Shown here: one piece after another, positions 52,650 through 53,620 of the stretch
Layout: every line of letters begins with the position of its first letter
Numbering within the stretch: position 1 is the first letter of the stretch
Assembly (NCBI GenBank): GCA_964518695.1
Contig: CAZFGN010000002.1
Coordinates: 1-53,620 of the forward strand
Length of the DNA: 53,620 nt
Source of the DNA: an uncultured Candidatus Saccharibacteria bacterium
GTDB lineage: Bacteria; Patescibacteriota; Minisyncoccia; UBA6257; Colwellbacteraceae
Direction: 5' to 3'
Program-made: the position numbers and the translations under genes
Notes under the pieces: model-generated
What the model saw: the letters and a program-made list of their open reading frames with translations, nothing else
The model's database searches: none
Told to the model about the DNA's origin: nothing

Positions 52650-53620
52650 ATGAATCAATTTACTAAACCACAATTAATAATTCTAGGAACCATCGGGTTT
52701 ATAATCTTATTTTTCTCGCTTGTATTCTTAGGTGTCATACCCGGCCTAAGAAAGGATATTGGCGGGTCCAGGGCAAAACTGGAATTCTGGGGCGTGGGCG
52801 ACGAGCCTGGGGTTTGGCAAGAGTCTATAAGCAAATTCGAAAGTGCTTACCCCAATGTAAGTGTTAAATACACGGAGTTAGACACGCTAAATTATGAGAA
52901 ACAACTTTTGGACGCCCTAGCCGCCGATAAGGGGCCGGATATTTTTATGTTTCATAACACTTGGCTTTCCAAGCATAACAACAAAATCTTCCCGAGCTTG
53001 CCCGAGCAAATCCCGCTTTCCACTTTTCGCAACCTTTTCCCTGTGGTAGCCGAACAGGATTTCATAAATGGTGGCCAAATTTTCGCTTTACCTATCTACA
53101 TTGACACTTTAGCATTGTTCTACAACCGCGATGTTTTCGATAACAAGAAAATCGCTCTAACTCCCGCTACTTGGGACGAAGTTAAAACAACGATCTTGAA
53201 AACGAGAGAATTTAATTCCAAGGGCGGCATAATGAAGGCCGGGCTCTCTATTGGGGGGACCATAAGGACTATCCCGAATGCCGCTGATATTTTGAGCCTA
53301 TTAATGCTTCAGTTCAAAACCCCGATGATAAATGAGTTCGGCCGAGGTATAGCCATCGCTAATTCCCAAGGGGTTGGAGCTTTAAGTTTTTATTCCCAAT
53401 TCTCTAAACCCGGCAGTCCCTACTACACTTGGACTGATTCCCTGAAGCCATCAATAGATTCCTTTGCCACGAAACAAACCGCTATGATTTTCGGCCTAGC
53501 TTCTGAAATCCCAGAGATCAAGGCCAAGAATCCAGCCTTGAATTTTGCCGTTGCTCCGGCGCCGCAGTTTAACAAAAACGAGGCCATTAACTTTCCTAAC
53601 TACTGGGGGCTTTCGGTTTC
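52650..53620 (+). CDS. ABC transporter extracellular solute-binding protein (3' end beyond window; absent from ORF track)
   Basis: The ATG is at 52650 and the frame stays open to the window edge. An N-terminal TM anchor is followed by LEFWGVGDE...YEKQLLDALAADKGPDIFMFHNTW...ALPIYIDTLALFYNRD, typical of family-1 sugar-type SBPs. Confidence 0.7.
   Translation, partial: MNQFTKPQLIILGTIGFIILFFSLVFLGVIPGLRKDIGGSRAKLEFWGVGDEPGVWQESISKFESAYPNVSVKYTELDTLNYEKQLLDALAADKGPDIFMFHNTWLSKHNNKIFPSLPEQIPLSTFRNLFPVVAEQDFINGGQIFALPIYIDTLALFYNRDVFDNKKIALTPATWDEVKTTILKTREFNSKGGIMKAGLSIGGTIRTIPNAADILSLLMLQFKTPMINEFGRGIAIANSQGVGALSFYSQFSKPGSPYYTWTDSLKPSIDSFATKQTAMIFGLASEIPEIKAKNPALNFAVAPAPQFNKNEAINFPNYWGLSV

Noticed and set aside
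1-53620. Alternative genetic code (UGA recoding, as in some CPR lineages).
   Set aside because: TGA terminates well-conserved genes at their expected C-termini (ruvB at 37076-37078, mutM at 41044-41046, the LTD protein at 37564-37566). Conserved proteins read through cleanly under the standard code.
1-53620. Diversity-generating retroelement, retron, prophage, integrative element, toxin-antitoxin or restriction-modification cassette.
   Set aside because: I could recognise no reverse transcriptase, integrase, transposase, capsid or terminase, methyltransferase-endonuclease pair or small paired toxin-like ORFs. The only mobile-DNA trace is the LAGLIDADG remnant.

Overview
The window looks like a gene-dense core chromosomal segment from a small-genome bacterium, probably CPR/Patescibacteria (Parcubacteria-like). 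This is suggested by the compacted housekeeping proteins, a lamin-tail-domain protein, PolX, a stand-alone FEN and a reduced T4SS-like module. The standard code applies: TGA closes well-conserved genes such as ruvB and mutM. The window spans the replication-origin neighbourhood (jag-yidC-rnpA-rpmH on the minus strand, dnaA-dnaN on the plus strand, each flanking gap with one perfect DnaA box). Other contents are the infC-rpmI-rplT operon and many DNA repair and recombination genes (polX, a UDG-like gene, ruvA, ruvB, ruvC, comM, a UvrD-like helicase, mutM, FEN, holA, gyrA). Cell-envelope genes (PBP1A, a Mur-family ligase), ftsH, an S1-domain protein and three tRNAs (Arg-CCG, Val-UAC, Ile-UAU) are also present. 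Four small or partial genes are missing from the ORF track: rpmI (1441-1620), rpmH (27331-27465), a 57-aa acidic ORF (32738-32911) and a 3'-truncated solute-binding protein (52650-53620). Four things deserve follow-up. (1) A tightly packed VirB6/VirB3(PrgI)/VirB4/VirB2-like module at 19.4-25.9 kb has no coupling protein or relaxase in the window. It lies under 2 kb from the origin region and is co-directional with a TraR/DksA zinc finger, comM and a UvrD-like helicase. (2) A 1.1-kb non-coding decay locus at 42.5-43.7 kb holds a LAGLIDADG endonuclease remnant, a heavily deleted uppS pseudogene, TTGCCGA heptamer arrays with a 20-bp perfect palindrome, an 18-nt direct repeat and parS-like half-sites. 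(3) A 133-nt element at 35.85-35.98 kb is closed by a 12-bp GC-rich stem. (4) A membrane-anchored Clp/Hsp100 ATPase has a degenerate first AAA+ module. No CRISPR array, rRNA, reverse transcriptase, integrase or transposase was seen.
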